A stretch of DNA of 64,000 bases from Balneolales bacterium (lineage in GTDB: Bacteria > Bacteroidota > Rhodothermia > Balneolales > DATFMH01): the NCBI GenBank assembly GCA_035267045.1, contig DATFMH010000226.1, forward strand, positions 11,427-75,426. Direction: 5' to 3'. Both the position numbers and the translations under genes were made by a program. The notes under the pieces were generated by a model. The model was not told the origin of the DNA. It saw nothing but the letters and a program-made list of their open reading frames with translations, and did not search any database. Below are positions 1-11,229 of the stretch, in pieces. Numbering within the stretch: position 1 is the stretch's first letter; every line of letters begins with the position of its first letter.

Positions 1-1
1 A

Positions 2-1042
2 TTCGAGCCCAATATGGATAAGAAATTGGGTTCCATTATGACTCGCGGAAATCTCATAACAGCGGAAATAGGAACAACACTCGAAGAGGCTGAAAAGCTA
101 TTACAGGAATTCAAGGTCGAGAAACTGCCTATAGTCGATGAGTCCTATAAACTGGTTGGTTTAATAACTTTCAAAGATATAGAGAAAAAGAAAAATTTTC
201 CTAATGCCTGCAAAGATCAGATTGGAAGATTAACGGTAGGTGCTGCTGTCGGTATCACTGATGATACCATGGATAGAGTAAAAGCTCTGGTAGATGCCGG
301 TGTTGATGTCATTACCGTTGATACGGCTCACGGACATTCAGAAGGCGTTTTACAAACCATACGCAAAATTCGCAAAGAATATCCTGATTTGGATATCATT
401 GGCGGCAATATTGCTACAAGATCTGCCGCTGAAGCTCTGGTGGATGCCGGCGCGACAGTCGTTAAAGTTGGTGTTGGTCCCGGTTCCATATGTACCACCC
501 GAATCGTAACAGGTGTGGGTGTCCCTCAATTGAGCGCCATTATGGAAGTGGCACAATTTACGAAGGAAGCCGGTATCGGACTGATAGCAGACGGTGGAAT
601 AAAACAAACTGGTGATATTCCCAAGGCTCTTGCTGCAGGTGCCACTGCTGTGATGCTTGGTTCGATGTTTGCCGGTGTTGATGAAGCACCCGGTGAAACC
701 ATAATTTATGAGTCCAGGAAATTCAAATCATACCGTGGTATGGGTAGTTTGGGAGCTATGGCTAAAGGAAGCAAAGACCGGTATTTTCAGGATGTGGAAG
801 AAGATATTAATAAACTCGTTCCGGAAGGAATTGAAGGACGGGTTCCTTATAAAGGCTTCCTAAGTGAGGTAGTTTACCAAATGGTTGGCGGATTACGCGC
901 TGCCATGGGGTATTGTGGTTCTAAAACCGTCCTCGATCTGCAAAATGCAGAATTTGTCAAGGTATCCTCATCAGCCATGAATGAAAGTCATCCGCATTCC
1001 ATACAGATCACCAAAGAGGCACCTAATTACTTTTTGAGATAA
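2..1042 (+). CDS. guaB: IMP dehydrogenase, C-terminal ~345 aa (5' end outside window)
   Basis: The reading frame stays open to base 2. A CBS-domain tail is followed by the IMPDH catalytic Cys loop [11 protein letters not shown] and the GGIKQTGDI / GSMFAG phosphate-binding motifs. Confidence 0.95.
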   Translation, partial: FEPNMDKKLGSIMTRGNLITAEIGTTLEEAEKLLQEFKVEKLPIVDESYKLVGLITFKDIEKKKNFPNACKDQIGRLTVGAAVGITDDTMDRVKALVDAGVDVITVDTAHGHSEGVLQTIRKIRKEYPDLDIIGGNIATRSAAEALVDAGATVVKVGVGPGSICTTRIVTGVGVPQLSAIMEVAQFTKEAGIGLIADGGIKQTGDIPKALAAGATAVMLGSMFAGVDEAPGETIIYESRKFKSYRGMGSLGAMAKGSKDRYFQDVEEDINKLVPEGIEGRVPYKGFLSEVVYQMVGGLRAAMGYCGSKTVLDLQNAEFVKVSSSAMNESHPHSIQITKEAPNYFLR

Positions 1043-1060
1043 TAGATACTATTAAAATTA

Positions 1061-1098
1061 AACCATGACCGGAGATATAATCTTCTTCGGCCATGGTT
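1061..1098 (+). terminator. possible guaB terminator hairpin
   Basis: AACCATGACCG (1061-1071) pairs with CGGCCATGGTT (1088-1098), an 11-bp stem with one mismatch, 19 nt after the guaB stop. No clean T-tract follows. Confidence 0.3.
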
Positions 1099-1117
1099 CA
1101 CTTTATGGTGGAGGTTC

Positions 1118-2407
1118 ATGTCAGGGATGAAAAATGTGCTGTTCATTGTTTATTATTTTCCTCCCATGGGCTCCAGCGGGGTTCAGAGGCCCCTGAAGTT
1201 TATTAAGTATTTACGAAATTATGGTTGGAACCCGATTGTTTTAGCTCCACAACCGGGAGCTTATCACACCTTTGATCAATCCCTTCAGGAAGAACTCGAT
1301 TCGTTAGAAGTGGAAGTTCACAGGGTTGACGCTAAAACGCCTTTCCATTATCTGGGTAAATCACCCCAAACAGTTAATTTTATTCCCGATCGTATTGCCC
1401 GGTTAGGAAGATTAGCATCCTCGTTTTTCTGGCTGCCCGATAACAAAACGGGTTGGATAGCGCCGGCTGTACAAAAAGGGGAGGAGATCATACACAATAA
1501 TAAGATCGATCTGATTTTTTCGACGGCACCTCCGTATAGTAATCATCTAATAGCTACAACACTTAAGAAAAAATATCAGCTGCCGGTTATACTCGATTTT
1601 CGTGATGATTGGTTGGAGAGTCACCTGATTACCTACCCGACTCGTTATCATAAGAAAAAGATGGCTCGAATAGAGCATGAGTGTTTAAATCATGCCGATG
1701 CCGTTACCGTTTTAAATAATAAAATGATTGAATCTTTTCGCTCGCGCACCGACAATGATAAACCTATTTACCTCATAGAACAGGGATTCGATCCTGATGA
1801 TTTTGATTACGAACAGCGAGAATTGACAACTGAGATCAAGCCCGTTAAAATGCGTTTCTTATACAGCGGTATCTTTTATGGGGATAATCAACCGGATCCG
1901 TTCCTGAAGGCTCTGTATATCGCATTAGAGGAGAAGGATGAAATGAAAGACGATATTGAGCTAATGTTTCAGGGTGGTTTGGAACAGCGTCACCTCCAAC
2001 TGATAAATGAACTTGGTCTGAAAAATTTGACCCATAATCTTGGTTATGTACCACACCGGGAATCAACCAATAATTTATTGAAAGCAGACGTATTGTGGTT
2101 GATTGTGGGTATGAGAAAAAATTATGAATATGTAACAACCGGTAAATTTTTTGAATATATCACAACAGAAAAACCCATTTTAGGTTTAGCAAGAGAAGGT
2201 GTTCTTACTAGATACCTTGAAAATTATAAAGCAGGTTATATAGCCCACCCGGGAAATATTGATGAAATAAAAAAAGTTATCCTTGAGATTTATACCGATT
2301 GGAAAGAAAAACGGTTACCTTCGCCTGATGAGGAATTTATCAATCGTTTTAATCGAAAAAAAATTACAGAAAAACTGGCTAAAATCTTTACGGAACAAGT
2401 CAGCTGA
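1118..2407 (+). CDS. glycosyltransferase (GT-B fold, GT4-like)
   Basis: 429-aa ORF with N-terminus VLFIVYYFPPMGSSGVQRP and an overall GT-B pattern. This is a family-level call only. The start could instead be the ATG at 1127. Confidence 0.7.
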   Translation: MSGMKNVLFIVYYFPPMGSSGVQRPLKFIKYLRNYGWNPIVLAPQPGAYHTFDQSLQEELDSLEVEVHRVDAKTPFHYLGKSPQTVNFIPDRIARLGRLASSFFWLPDNKTGWIAPAVQKGEEIIHNNKIDLIFSTAPPYSNHLIATTLKKKYQLPVILDFRDDWLESHLITYPTRYHKKKMARIEHECLNHADAVTVLNNKMIESFRSRTDNDKPIYLIEQGFDPDDFDYEQRELTTEIKPVKMRFLYSGIFYGDNQPDPFLKALYIALEEKDEMKDDIELMFQGGLEQRHLQLINELGLKNLTHNLGYVPHRESTNNLLKADVLWLIVGMRKNYEYVTTGKFFEYITTEKPILGLAREGVLTRYLENYKAGYIAHPGNIDEIKKVILEIYTDWKEKRLPSPDEEFINRFNRKKITEKLAKIFTEQVS

Positions 2408-2554
2408 CCGGATATTTCAAGAATAGTTCAATATTTGTAGAAGTTCTATTAGAGAAATTCTGAAAAAAGTATAAGTTTGATTAGATTTGCAACGGAAACC
2501 TGATTTGTTGGTATATCAAAGTATTAAATACAATTGGACTACTAATTAATATAA

Positions 2555-3421
2555 ATGCTCGATTTTTTAAAAACATTATTCTCTCTGCGCAAAAAAAACC
2601 TCACTCTGGTATTACTAGAGGAGAGTGAACCTGACGATCCAAGGTATTTCAATTTTCGCCCGCAACAATTGCTGCATTTGATACTCTATATAGTTGTAGT
2701 TTTGTTTATAATCTTTGTTTTTCTGTTCTCATATACTCCAATGGGAAATATTGTAGCAAGTAATAGGGACAGAGCCATAAGGGATTCAGTTGTTCACTTA
2801 AGCAAACGATTGATAGCACTTAATGATTCATTAGATATCAGGTCGCAGCAGTTGCATGATATAATAAATGTGATTGCAGGGAATGAGGATACGACTTTTT
2901 CTATTACTCAAAATAGTAATGTCAATCCTTTATATGTACAGCAACAATCGCAGCAACTGATACCACCACCGAACGAGCAATCGAATGCTAACGACCAATT
3001 TATAGATAATGAAGATATATTAAACTCGGATATATTAAGAAATGCACCCGAATTTCCGACAAACCCACCGGTTGATGGTACTTTAACTCGTGGTTTTGAA
3101 CCGCAGGAAGGACATTACGGAATCGATATTGCCGCAAAAGACGGTACCTATATTAAAGCTATTGCCGATGGGGTGGTCATTAATACGGAATGGACATTTA
3201 ATTATGGTTACGTAGTTTATATTCAGCATGGCGGCGGTTATATTACTATTTACAAACATTGTTCCAATTTGGTTAAAAAAGGGGGCGATATCGTGCTTAA
3301 AGGGGATATTCTCGGTACTGTGAGTCAATCGGGTTTGATAAGCTCGGGCCCGCATGTACATATCGAGATCTGGCGTAACGGTATAGCTTTAGATCCGACT
3401 AAATATCTGATAATTCATTAA
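2555..3421 (+). CDS. M23/LytM family metallopeptidase (membrane anchored)
   Basis: N-terminal TM helix and a Q/N-rich linker. C-terminal M23 motifs HYGIDIAA (HxxxD) and GPHVHIEI (HxH). Confidence 0.9.
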   Translation: MLDFLKTLFSLRKKNLTLVLLEESEPDDPRYFNFRPQQLLHLILYIVVVLFIIFVFLFSYTPMGNIVASNRDRAIRDSVVHLSKRLIALNDSLDIRSQQLHDIINVIAGNEDTTFSITQNSNVNPLYVQQQSQQLIPPPNEQSNANDQFIDNEDILNSDILRNAPEFPTNPPVDGTLTRGFEPQEGHYGIDIAAKDGTYIKAIADGVVINTEWTFNYGYVVYIQHGGGYITIYKHCSNLVKKGGDIVLKGDILGTVSQSGLISSGPHVHIEIWRNGIALDPTKYLIIH

Positions 3422-3445
3422 AAAAGATGAAACGATTAAAATACT

Positions 3446-3895
3446 ATGTTTAATAACCCCAAAAACCAAAAGGCTAATAAGATGGAAGCATCAAAACATC
3501 AACCCGCAATAAATATGATCAGTCAAGGTACTGAGTTACGGGGCTCAGTCAATACTAAAAATGATATACGCATATCCGGTAAAATTGACGGTGAAGTCAG
3601 AGCCGAAGGTAAAGTCATATTAACAAACGACGGCTTTATAAAAGGAGATATTTATGCAAGTGAAGCCGATATCGCAGGTAAAGTTGATGGAGAAATAGTA
3701 ACCTCAAAAAAACTTGTTTTACGCCAATCGGCCAGTATAACCGGTGATATCAACACTCAAACATTACTTGTAGAAGAAGGAGCTGTTTTTGAAGGAGCTT
3801 GCAAGATGTCTAAAACCATCAATCAGGATATCATTCGAAATGGTACCAGTAATAATAAAAAGAATAGCGAATCCAAAACGGAAGTGGTTCAATAA
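3446..3895 (+). CDS. bactofilin family polymer-forming cytoskeletal protein
   Basis: Beta-helix repeat pattern ISGKIDGEV..KGDIYA..IAGKVDGEI..ITGDI..GAVFEG typical of bactofilin/CcmA. Confidence 0.9.
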   Translation: MFNNPKNQKANKMEASKHQPAINMISQGTELRGSVNTKNDIRISGKIDGEVRAEGKVILTNDGFIKGDIYASEADIAGKVDGEIVTSKKLVLRQSASITGDINTQTLLVEEGAVFEGACKMSKTINQDIIRNGTSNNKKNSESKTEVVQ

Positions 3896-4132
3896 ATGCT
3901 GTTCGATCCCGGAAACCTGAGAAAATATAATGAATATATTGGTTTGGGGGCTGAAATCGCTGCGGCAATGGTTGTTCCTTTACTTATCGGTACGTATATC
4001 GATAAACGTTTCAATACATCACCGTGGGGAAGTATAATAGGTGTTTTACTCGGGTTTCTGGGAGTTTTTAATGCGATCTATAAGGTGGTGATTCGCGCAA
4101 ATAAGAGAGATGATGAAAAAGGGGAAAAATAA
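3896..4132 (+). CDS. AtpZ/AtpI family small membrane protein
   Basis: 78 aa with two TM helices. Its ATG directly abuts the bactofilin stop (TAAATG at 3893-3898), and it sits at the head of the atp operon. Confidence 0.75.
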   Translation: MLFDPGNLRKYNEYIGLGAEIAAAMVVPLLIGTYIDKRFNTSPWGSIIGVLLGFLGVFNAIYKVVIRANKRDDEKGEK

Positions 4133-4535
4133 CGACTACAGTTTTAAAAACTTTATTACCTATGTACTTGGATTGGATATAATTTTAATTATCCTTACAG
4201 GATACCCTCTTTATAGTACATATGGATTAGGCAATTTCTTGTCAGCTTTTTTGGGTTTGGTAATTACTTCCCTGAACGTAATATCAGGTTACTATTTCAT
4301 AAGTAAATATTTTGACCGTTCGACCAATGTTTTCATGAAAGTAATATTCGGAAGTATGGCTGTACGATTAATTTTATTAATGCTTGTCATCATCGCAGTA
4401 ATTTTATTTATAAAAATTGATCAATTTAGTTTTATAATTAGTTTATTTATTTCATATATTTGCAAATCTGTGATCGAAATCTATTTCATAAACAAAAAAA
4501 GCCAAAAACAGCGGTTTAGAACTACATCGGATTGA
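4110..4535 (+). CDS. 4-TM membrane protein, possible ATP synthase subunit I-like
   Basis: 141-aa hydrophobic ORF that overlaps both neighbours (23 nt upstream, ATGA overlap with atpB). The position matches atpI of other atp operons. Confidence 0.55.
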   Translation: MMKKGKNNDYSFKNFITYVLGLDIILIILTGYPLYSTYGLGNFLSAFLGLVITSLNVISGYYFISKYFDRSTNVFMKVIFGSMAVRLILLMLVIIAVILFIKIDQFSFIISLFISYICKSVIEIYFINKKSQKQRFRTTSD

Positions 4536-5626
4536 TGATACAAAACTTTAGGAGAGTATTTCTTACTGGACTATTACTGATTCTGGGAGTGCAGTTAGCC
4601 ATTGCGGCTGAGGGGCCGGGTAATGATTCTAATCAGATAGATATTCAAGGTAAATTAAGGAATGAATATTTCCTGGATTTTTCACCTGTATTTGGAAAAA
4701 TCCAGCTGCCAAGAATTATTTATGATAATAATGGACTCCATTTTTTCAGCAGTACTACCGCTGCTATCAATGGTAATAGTGGTCTAACAGACGAATATTA
4801 CGAAGAAGGACACTCAAAAATTATTAAAAATGGTGTCATTCAGCCTGTAACTTATGAACTGGTAAAAGACGATGGCGGGCATATTATAGCAGACTTTTCA
4901 CTGTCGGTGGCTATTGTCTATTTTATGTTGAGCGGTTTTCTCGTGCTCCTGGTTTTTATATATCTCAATAAAAAATATAGTGAAGGTGTTGGTCGGGAAA
5001 CAGAACCCAAAGGGGTCCTGCAGAATATGTTTGAGACAATAGTCATTTTTGTCAGAGATGAAATCGCCCTAACAAATATTGGTCCTGAAAAATATCTAAA
5101 ATTTACACCGTATCTTTTGTCGGCATTTTTCATGATCCTGTTCATGAACCTTTTTGAACTAATACCATGGGGAGAATCACCGACAGCAAACTTAACAGTG
5201 ACGGCAGCATTGGCTACAGTTACTTTTTTGGTAACACAGTTTAACGGATCCAAGGATCACTGGAAAGAAGTTTTCTGGTTCCCGGGAGTACCGGTATTCG
5301 TAAAGCCAATTATGGCGGTAGTAGAATTTCTGGGGTTGTTCACAAAACCTTTTGCCTTGTGTATCCGGCTCTTTGCTAACATGGCGTCCGGTAAAGTCTT
5401 GATATTAAGTATGATCGGACTCATATTTGTGTTCGCAAATAAGTTTGGAGCCGGTATGGCATATGGAACATCTCCCATATGGATAGTGATGACGCTGTTC
5501 ATCTATATGATTAAATTACTAGTAGCCTTTATACAGGCGTATATCTTTACTATCTTGTCGGCACTATTTATAGGATTAGCCACTGCCGAACATGAACATC
5601 ACGATGCGGAACCTGCGCATCAATAA
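4532..5626 (+). CDS. atpB: F0F1 ATP synthase subunit a
   Basis: Polytopic protein with the conserved C-terminal helices (LCIRLFANMASG containing the essential Arg). Operon context supports the call. Confidence 0.93.
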   Translation: MMIQNFRRVFLTGLLLILGVQLAIAAEGPGNDSNQIDIQGKLRNEYFLDFSPVFGKIQLPRIIYDNNGLHFFSSTTAAINGNSGLTDEYYEEGHSKIIKNGVIQPVTYELVKDDGGHIIADFSLSVAIVYFMLSGFLVLLVFIYLNKKYSEGVGRETEPKGVLQNMFETIVIFVRDEIALTNIGPEKYLKFTPYLLSAFFMILFMNLFELIPWGESPTANLTVTAALATVTFLVTQFNGSKDHWKEVFWFPGVPVFVKPIMAVVEFLGLFTKPFALCIRLFANMASGKVLILSMIGLIFVFANKFGAGMAYGTSPIWIVMTLFIYMIKLLVAFIQAYIFTILSALFIGLATAEHEHHDAEPAHQ

Positions 5627-5689
5627 GTTTTTTTGTAAAAACAAATACATATTCCATTAATTCAAATCTAAAAATAAAATAAGGAGTAA

Positions 5690-5914
<225 letters not shown>

Positions 5915-5965
5915 ATAAGCGATATTTAACGTATTTTAAAAAACCATTAATTCAGCATTGTAAAA

Positions 5966-6478
5966 ATGTATATTCTAATTGCCAGAGGTGGACTATTAAG
6001 TGTTGATCCGGGTTTGTTTTTCTGGATTCTTATAGTCTTTGCGCTGTTCATCTTCGTATTGACAAAATACGCTTGGAAACCGGTACTCGGTGCCCTGGAA
6101 GAGAGGGAAAATTCTATAAAGGATTCTCTTGATGCCGCTGAAAAAGCAATGGCCAGGGCCGAAAAGGTTTCAAAAGAGAATGAAGCGGCTCTCAGAGAAG
6201 CAGAATTGATGGCTCAAAAGATTCGTAAAGAAGCTATCGATGAGGCAGAATTATTGCGAACAGAACGTATTGAGAAAGCCAGGGATGAAGCTGCACAATT
6301 ACTCGAGCACGCCCGTTCATCTATTGAACAGGAAAAGAAACGAGCCCTGTTGGAGTTGCGTAACGAAGTGGCTAAACTGGCGATACAATCTGCTTCAAAA
6401 ATAATTGATGCCGAGCTTGATGTGAAGAAAAACACTAAACTGGTAGAAAGTTATATAAAAGAATTATCCAATAACTGA
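5966..6478 (+). CDS. atpF: F0F1 ATP synthase subunit b
   Basis: Single N-terminal TM helix followed by a long charged coiled coil. Operon position supports the call. Confidence 0.9.
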   Translation: MYILIARGGLLSVDPGLFFWILIVFALFIFVLTKYAWKPVLGALEERENSIKDSLDAAEKAMARAEKVSKENEAALREAELMAQKIRKEAIDEAELLRTERIEKARDEAAQLLEHARSSIEQEKKRALLELRNEVAKLAIQSASKIIDAELDVKKNTKLVESYIKELSNN

Positions 6479-6485
6479 TTCTTAA

Positions 6486-7031
6486 ATGTCATCATTAAAA
6501 GCTGCCCGACGCTACGCTACCTCTTTGATTCAGGTAGCTATCGAGCGTAAAGAAGTAGATACGATACTCGAAGACATTACCTTAATTGACAATACCCTGA
6601 GAGATTCTCGTGAATTGGTACTTTTTTTGAAAAGTCCAATTATTAAAAGAGATAAAAAGAAAAAGGTATTGGACGAAATATTCGGTGATGAGATCAATGA
6701 ACTCACACAAACATTCATTGATATAATGATCCGAAAAGGAAGGGAAGATATTTTACCCCCGGTCTTCAAATCGTTTATTGATCAGTATAATGATTATGCT
6801 GGTATCATCAATATCAGTGTTGTTTCAGCTGATAAAATGAATGATGAACAGATTAGTGAGTTAAAGAAATCTCTTGAAGAAAAAACACATAAAAAAGTTG
6901 AAATGGAGATTTCGGAAAATAAATCGCTTCGGGGCGGACTTAAAGTGCGCATTGTTGATACGGTTATTGATGGAACGGTGCAACACAAGCTCGAGCAATT
7001 AGAGAGCCTTTTTTTAAACACCGGTATGTAA
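6486..7031 (+). CDS. atpH: F0F1 ATP synthase subunit delta
   Basis: 181-aa OSCP-like protein (ARRYATSL..., C-terminal GGLKVRIVDTVIDGTV) located between atpF and atpA. Confidence 0.9.
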   Translation: MSSLKAARRYATSLIQVAIERKEVDTILEDITLIDNTLRDSRELVLFLKSPIIKRDKKKKVLDEIFGDEINELTQTFIDIMIRKGREDILPPVFKSFIDQYNDYAGIINISVVSADKMNDEQISELKKSLEEKTHKKVEMEISENKSLRGGLKVRIVDTVIDGTVQHKLEQLESLFLNTGM

Positions 7032-7074
7032 AAGATTAATTTGTAAAAAAGTTATCTAGCTTAGAGGAAATATA

Positions 7075-8691
7075 ATGAGTCAAGTCAGACCAGATGAAGT
7101 ATCTGCCATATTAAGAAAACAATTATCCGGCTTGGAAAAAGAAGCGGATATATACGATGTAGGTACCGTTCTCGAGGTTGGTGATGGTATCGCAAGAGTA
7201 TACGGTTTATCTAAAGTTCAGGCTGGAGAATTGGTAGAACTGCCCGATTCCATCGATGAAGAAGGTAATCCCGTTCGTGGCATGGTTCTTAACCTGGAAG
7301 AAGATAATGTTGGTGTGGTATTATTCGGAGCAACCAACTTTGTTGAAGAGGGTCATAGTGTTCGCCGGACAAAAGAAATTGCATCAATTGCTGCTGGTGA
7401 TGGTGTATTGGGCCGGGTTATTGATCCATTGGGCAAGCCTATTGATGGTAAAGGCCCTATTACAGGAGATACTTACACAATACCCCTGGAAAGGAAAGCA
7501 CCCGGTGTAATATTTCGTGAACCGGTTACAGAACCTTTACAAACAGGTATCAAAGCCATTGACTCGATGATACCCATTGGCCGTGGCCAACGTGAGTTGA
7601 TTATCGGAGACCGGCAAACGGGTAAAACTGCCATCGCTATTGATACGATTTTAAATCAGAAGTCCACACATGACACTGATAAACCTGTATTTTGTATTTA
7701 TGTTGCGGTTGGCCAAAAAGGATCAACCATTGCTCAGGTAACGAGGACACTTGAAGAACATGGTGCCCTGGATTATACCGTGGTTGTCGCAGCACCTGCT
7801 TCCGTATCCGCTCCTTTAAGATTTATTGCACCATATGCCGGTGCAGCTATAGGAGAATATTTCCGTGATACGGGACGTCATGCTTTGATCATTTACGACG
7901 ATTTATCAAAGCAGGCTGTGGCTTACCGGGAAGTATCACTCCTTCTGAGACGTCCACCGGGGCGTGAAGCTTACCCGGGTGATGTATTTTATTTGCATAG
8001 CCGTTTACTGGAGCGCGCAGCCAAAATTAATAAGAATGATTCGGTTATAAAGAATATGAATGATGTTCCCGAATCTATTCGTCCAATGTTGAAGGGTGGA
8101 GGATCTTTGACGGCACTGCCAATTATCGAAACACAAGCTGGTGACGTTTCCGCATACATTCCCACGAATGTAATTTCCATTACCGACGGACAGATATTCT
8201 TACAGTCCAATCTGTTTAATTCCGGTATACGTCCGGCTATTGATGTTGGTATTTCTGTATCTCGTGTCGGTGGTTCCGCACAGGTGAAATCCATGAAAAA
8301 AGTAGCCGGTTCTTTGAAACTCGATCTGGCTCAGTATCGCGAATTGGAAGCTTTTGCCAAATTCGGGTCAGATTTGGATGCTGCTACGAAAAGGCAATTA
8401 GATCGGGGTGCCCGATCAGTCGAAATTTTGAAACAAGGCCTCCACCAACCATTAACAGTTGATTTACAGATAGCGATTCTTCACGTAAATAATCAAGGTG
8501 TCCTTGATATGCTGGAGATTGGTGAAATTTTGAAATTTGAACAGGAATTCCTCGAGAATATATCGGCGAAATACAGTTCCGAAATGAAAGAACTCAGAAA
8601 AACAGGTCTTTTGACACCGGAACTGGGAGAAGAATTAGTGAAAGAAGCCAAATCAATTGCAAACCAAATTAAAGCTTCCGATAAAGCTTAA
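7075..8691 (+). CDS. atpA: F0F1 ATP synthase subunit alpha
   Basis: Walker A GDRQTGKT, plus the [11 protein letters not shown] and [22 protein letters not shown] signature blocks. Confidence 0.98.
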   Translation: MSQVRPDEVSAILRKQLSGLEKEADIYDVGTVLEVGDGIARVYGLSKVQAGELVELPDSIDEEGNPVRGMVLNLEEDNVGVVLFGATNFVEEGHSVRRTKEIASIAAGDGVLGRVIDPLGKPIDGKGPITGDTYTIPLERKAPGVIFREPVTEPLQTGIKAIDSMIPIGRGQRELIIGDRQTGKTAIAIDTILNQKSTHDTDKPVFCIYVAVGQKGSTIAQVTRTLEEHGALDYTVVVAAPASVSAPLRFIAPYAGAAIGEYFRDTGRHALIIYDDLSKQAVAYREVSLLLRRPPGREAYPGDVFYLHSRLLERAAKINKNDSVIKNMNDVPESIRPMLKGGGSLTALPIIETQAGDVSAYIPTNVISITDGQIFLQSNLFNSGIRPAIDVGISVSRVGGSAQVKSMKKVAGSLKLDLAQYRELEAFAKFGSDLDAATKRQLDRGARSVEILKQGLHQPLTVDLQIAILHVNNQGVLDMLEIGEILKFEQEFLENISAKYSSEMKELRKTGLLTPELGEELVKEAKSIANQIKASDKA

Positions 8692-8694
8692 TTC

Positions 8695-9591
8695 ATGGCG
8701 AATTTAAGAGAAATACGAGACCGAATCACTTCAATCCGGAGTACGCAGCAGATAACCAGGGCTATGAAAATGGTAGCTGCTGCAAAACTACGGAAAGCGC
8801 AAAATCGAATAATTGCTACCAGGCCTTATGCAAATAAGCTGGATGAAGTTATCGGACGGCTGGTGAAAGGTATTGAAATTACCAATAAATACATGACACC
8901 GAATCAGAATCCGGATAAAGTACTCTTTATTGTGATCGGATCAGACAGAGGGTTATGTGGCGGTTTTAATAATAATCTTTTTAAAGTTGCTGTAACTCGG
9001 CTGCATGATGAGTTTCAGCAATATTTGGATAATGATAGTTTATCCATGATTTGCATTGGCCGGAAAGCCAATAATTATTTCAAAAAAAGAAATTATAAAG
9101 TTCTTGGTGATCACTCAGGATTTTTTGATGACTTAAGTTTTGAGAACACGACTACCATTATGAAGGAAGTCATAGCCGGATTTGAGAGTGATGAATATCA
9201 GGCTGTCTATTTAGTCTATAATGAGTTCAAATCGGTATTATCTCAAAATCGTAAAGTTGAACAAATGTTACCAATTCCATCTCTTGATAATAAAGAAGAG
9301 GTGGAAGAAAGTACTTCTAAAGATAAAGTAGTCGATTATATCTTTGAACCAAATGCCGTAAATATTTTAAAACACCTTATACCACTGCATTTGAATACTC
9401 AATTGTGGAAAGCTGTTCTGGAATCTAATGCTTCGGAACAAGGCGCCAGGATGGCTGCAATGGACAATGCTACGGAGAATGCACAAGAATTACTCAGAGA
9501 ACTTCGTTTGAAATATAATCAGGCTCGTCAGGCATCTATTACTACTGAAATATCAGAAATTGTAAGTGGTGCAGAAGCGTTGTCGGATTAA
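8695..9591 (+). CDS. atpG: F0F1 ATP synthase subunit gamma
   Basis: N-terminal IRDRITSIRSTQQITRAMKMVAAAKLRKAQ and C-terminal ARQASITTEISEIVSGAEAL helices. Confidence 0.97.
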   Translation: MANLREIRDRITSIRSTQQITRAMKMVAAAKLRKAQNRIIATRPYANKLDEVIGRLVKGIEITNKYMTPNQNPDKVLFIVIGSDRGLCGGFNNNLFKVAVTRLHDEFQQYLDNDSLSMICIGRKANNYFKKRNYKVLGDHSGFFDDLSFENTTTIMKEVIAGFESDEYQAVYLVYNEFKSVLSQNRKVEQMLPIPSLDNKEEVEESTSKDKVVDYIFEPNAVNILKHLIPLHLNTQLWKAVLESNASEQGARMAAMDNATENAQELLRELRLKYNQARQASITTEISEIVSGAEALSD

Positions 9592-9623
9592 CAAAAATAT
9601 TTCTTATATTGTCAACCTTTGAA

Positions 9624-9708
9624 GGAGAGATGGCAGAGCGGTCGAATGCGGCGGTCTTGAAAACCGTTGTCCAGCAATGGACCGGGGGTTCGAATCCCTC
9701 TCTCTCCG
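9624..9708 (+). tRNA. tRNA-Ser (anticodon UGA), 85 nt, no encoded CCA
   Basis: Manual cloverleaf. Acceptor stem GGAGAGA/TCTCTCC. Anticodon stem GCGGT/ACCGT with loop CTTGAAA. Long variable arm TCCAGCAATGGA. T-arm GGGGG-TTCGAAT-CCCTC. Discriminator G. Confidence 0.93.
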
Positions 9709-9716
9709 CTTGTAAG

Positions 9717-9740
9717 AGCCCCTGAGTTTGGGGCTTTTAA
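9717..9740 (+). terminator. intrinsic terminator after tRNA-Ser / atp operon
   Basis: AGCCCC (9717-9722) pairs with GGGGCT (9730-9735), loop TGAGTTT, followed by TTTAA. Confidence 0.7.
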
Positions 9741-9787
9741 TATTTATTTGAGATGTTTATGAGATACTTAGTTAATAAACCATTTAT

Positions 9788-11221
9788 ATGAGATCTGCTA
9801 CACTCATAAGTCCCTTCCTGAAAAAAAAAATAGGACTACAAACCATTCTTATCTTACTTTTACCTTTCTTTTTGGTAATAAAGGTTCAAGCACAAGACAC
9901 TGTTAAAGTTTCTCTTAACCAGTTTATTCAGATGGGGCTGAATCATTCAGATCAGGTTAAGGCGAATGAATCGAAAGTTGAGCTTGCGAAAAATAGAATA
10001 GACGAAGCCAAATCGAAGAAGATATTGCCGGAGTTAAAACTGACCACTAATCACAGTTTGGTACCCGGTGTATCGACTGATAGTACACTCAGTAATGGGA
10101 ATCCGCTTCCGAAAAGCCAATGGTATCTTGATCCGAATCTTAAAAATGATTGGTCAAAATGGAGTATCTACTCACAGGTTCAGATACAGGGAGTTCAACC
10201 TATCTTCACCTGGGGAGCTATAAATAATGCCATCAAAGCGGCAAGGCAGGGAGCCGTAGCTGCACAAGAACAGTTTTTATCTGAAAAATCTAAATTAGCA
10301 ATGAAATTGTATCAACTATACTATTCACGCGTTTTAGCCAATCAGATGGAGCGTTTATTAGGTGATGCGCAGCATGAATTTGATAAAGCGGATAAGAAGA
10401 TCAAAGAGATGCAAAAATCGAATGATTCGAGCCTTGAAGATGCCGACGTGTTTAAATTCAGGATCTATAAATCTCAATTCGAGATTAAAGCCAATGAAGT
10501 AAAAGAAAATAACCTGTTCGTTAAAAGAGTTTGGAATCTTGTTCTTGGAGCTGATTCTAATACCGTTTATATGCCTAAAACACAATTTCTTGATCCGATA
10601 GATACTACTATTAAATCCTATTCTTATTATCAAAGTTTAGCACTTAGTAACCGGCCGGAATTGAAAGGTATAAAAGCTGCAGAATCGGCCGCAGAATTCG
10701 GTCTAAAAGCAAAAAAAGCTCAATTGTTGCCAACGATATTTTTGGGTCTGGGTGCCGAGTATGTATACACTCCACGTCCGACGGAACGTACACCAATGAT
10801 AGGTAATCGCTTTAGTTATCTGAATCTTGCTTATAGTTTTGGTATTCGGGAAAACCTCAACTTCCTCGGCATCAAAAATGATATCGACAATATGAAAATA
10901 AAATATCATGAAATAAAATATTCAAAAGAAGCCGTCGTTGAAGGTATCAGGTTGGATTTAAGTAACAGTTATAAAACGGCCAGGATCGCAGAAACAACGT
11001 TTCAAAAAACAGGAGATGCGTTACAAACGAGTAAGGAATGGCTCAGAAAAGAACAAATAGACTACGATTTGGGTTTAGGTAAAATAAAGAACTTGTTAGA
11101 TGCTGTTAAATCGAACCTGCAATTGGAAGCAGAATACAGACAGAAGGTTTATGAGTATAATTTGGACTTGGCAAAGCTTTATGAGGCCTCTGGAATTCCA
11201 TTAAAAAATTTACATGAATAA
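9788..11221 (+). CDS. TolC family outer-membrane channel protein
   Basis: Signal peptide. 477 aa with the two-repeat coiled-coil/beta pattern of outer-membrane efflux proteins (LNQFIQMGLNHSDQVKA..., second repeat ALSNRPELKG...). Confidence 0.85.
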   Translation: MRSATLISPFLKKKIGLQTILILLLPFFLVIKVQAQDTVKVSLNQFIQMGLNHSDQVKANESKVELAKNRIDEAKSKKILPELKLTTNHSLVPGVSTDSTLSNGNPLPKSQWYLDPNLKNDWSKWSIYSQVQIQGVQPIFTWGAINNAIKAARQGAVAAQEQFLSEKSKLAMKLYQLYYSRVLANQMERLLGDAQHEFDKADKKIKEMQKSNDSSLEDADVFKFRIYKSQFEIKANEVKENNLFVKRVWNLVLGADSNTVYMPKTQFLDPIDTTIKSYSYYQSLALSNRPELKGIKAAESAAEFGLKAKKAQLLPTIFLGLGAEYVYTPRPTERTPMIGNRFSYLNLAYSFGIRENLNFLGIKNDIDNMKIKYHEIKYSKEAVVEGIRLDLSNSYKTARIAETTFQKTGDALQTSKEWLRKEQIDYDLGLGKIKNLLDAVKSNLQLEAEYRQKVYEYNLDLAKLYEASGIPLKNLHE

Positions 11222-11229
11222 TTATTGCG

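Noticed and set aside
9624-9740. tRNA-Ser as the integration site of a genomic island carrying the downstream TolC...MMPL cluster
   Set aside because: I found no integrase and no direct repeat of the tRNA 3' end (TTCGAATCCCTCTCTCTCC) downstream. The tRNA has its own terminator. There is no evidence for an island boundary.
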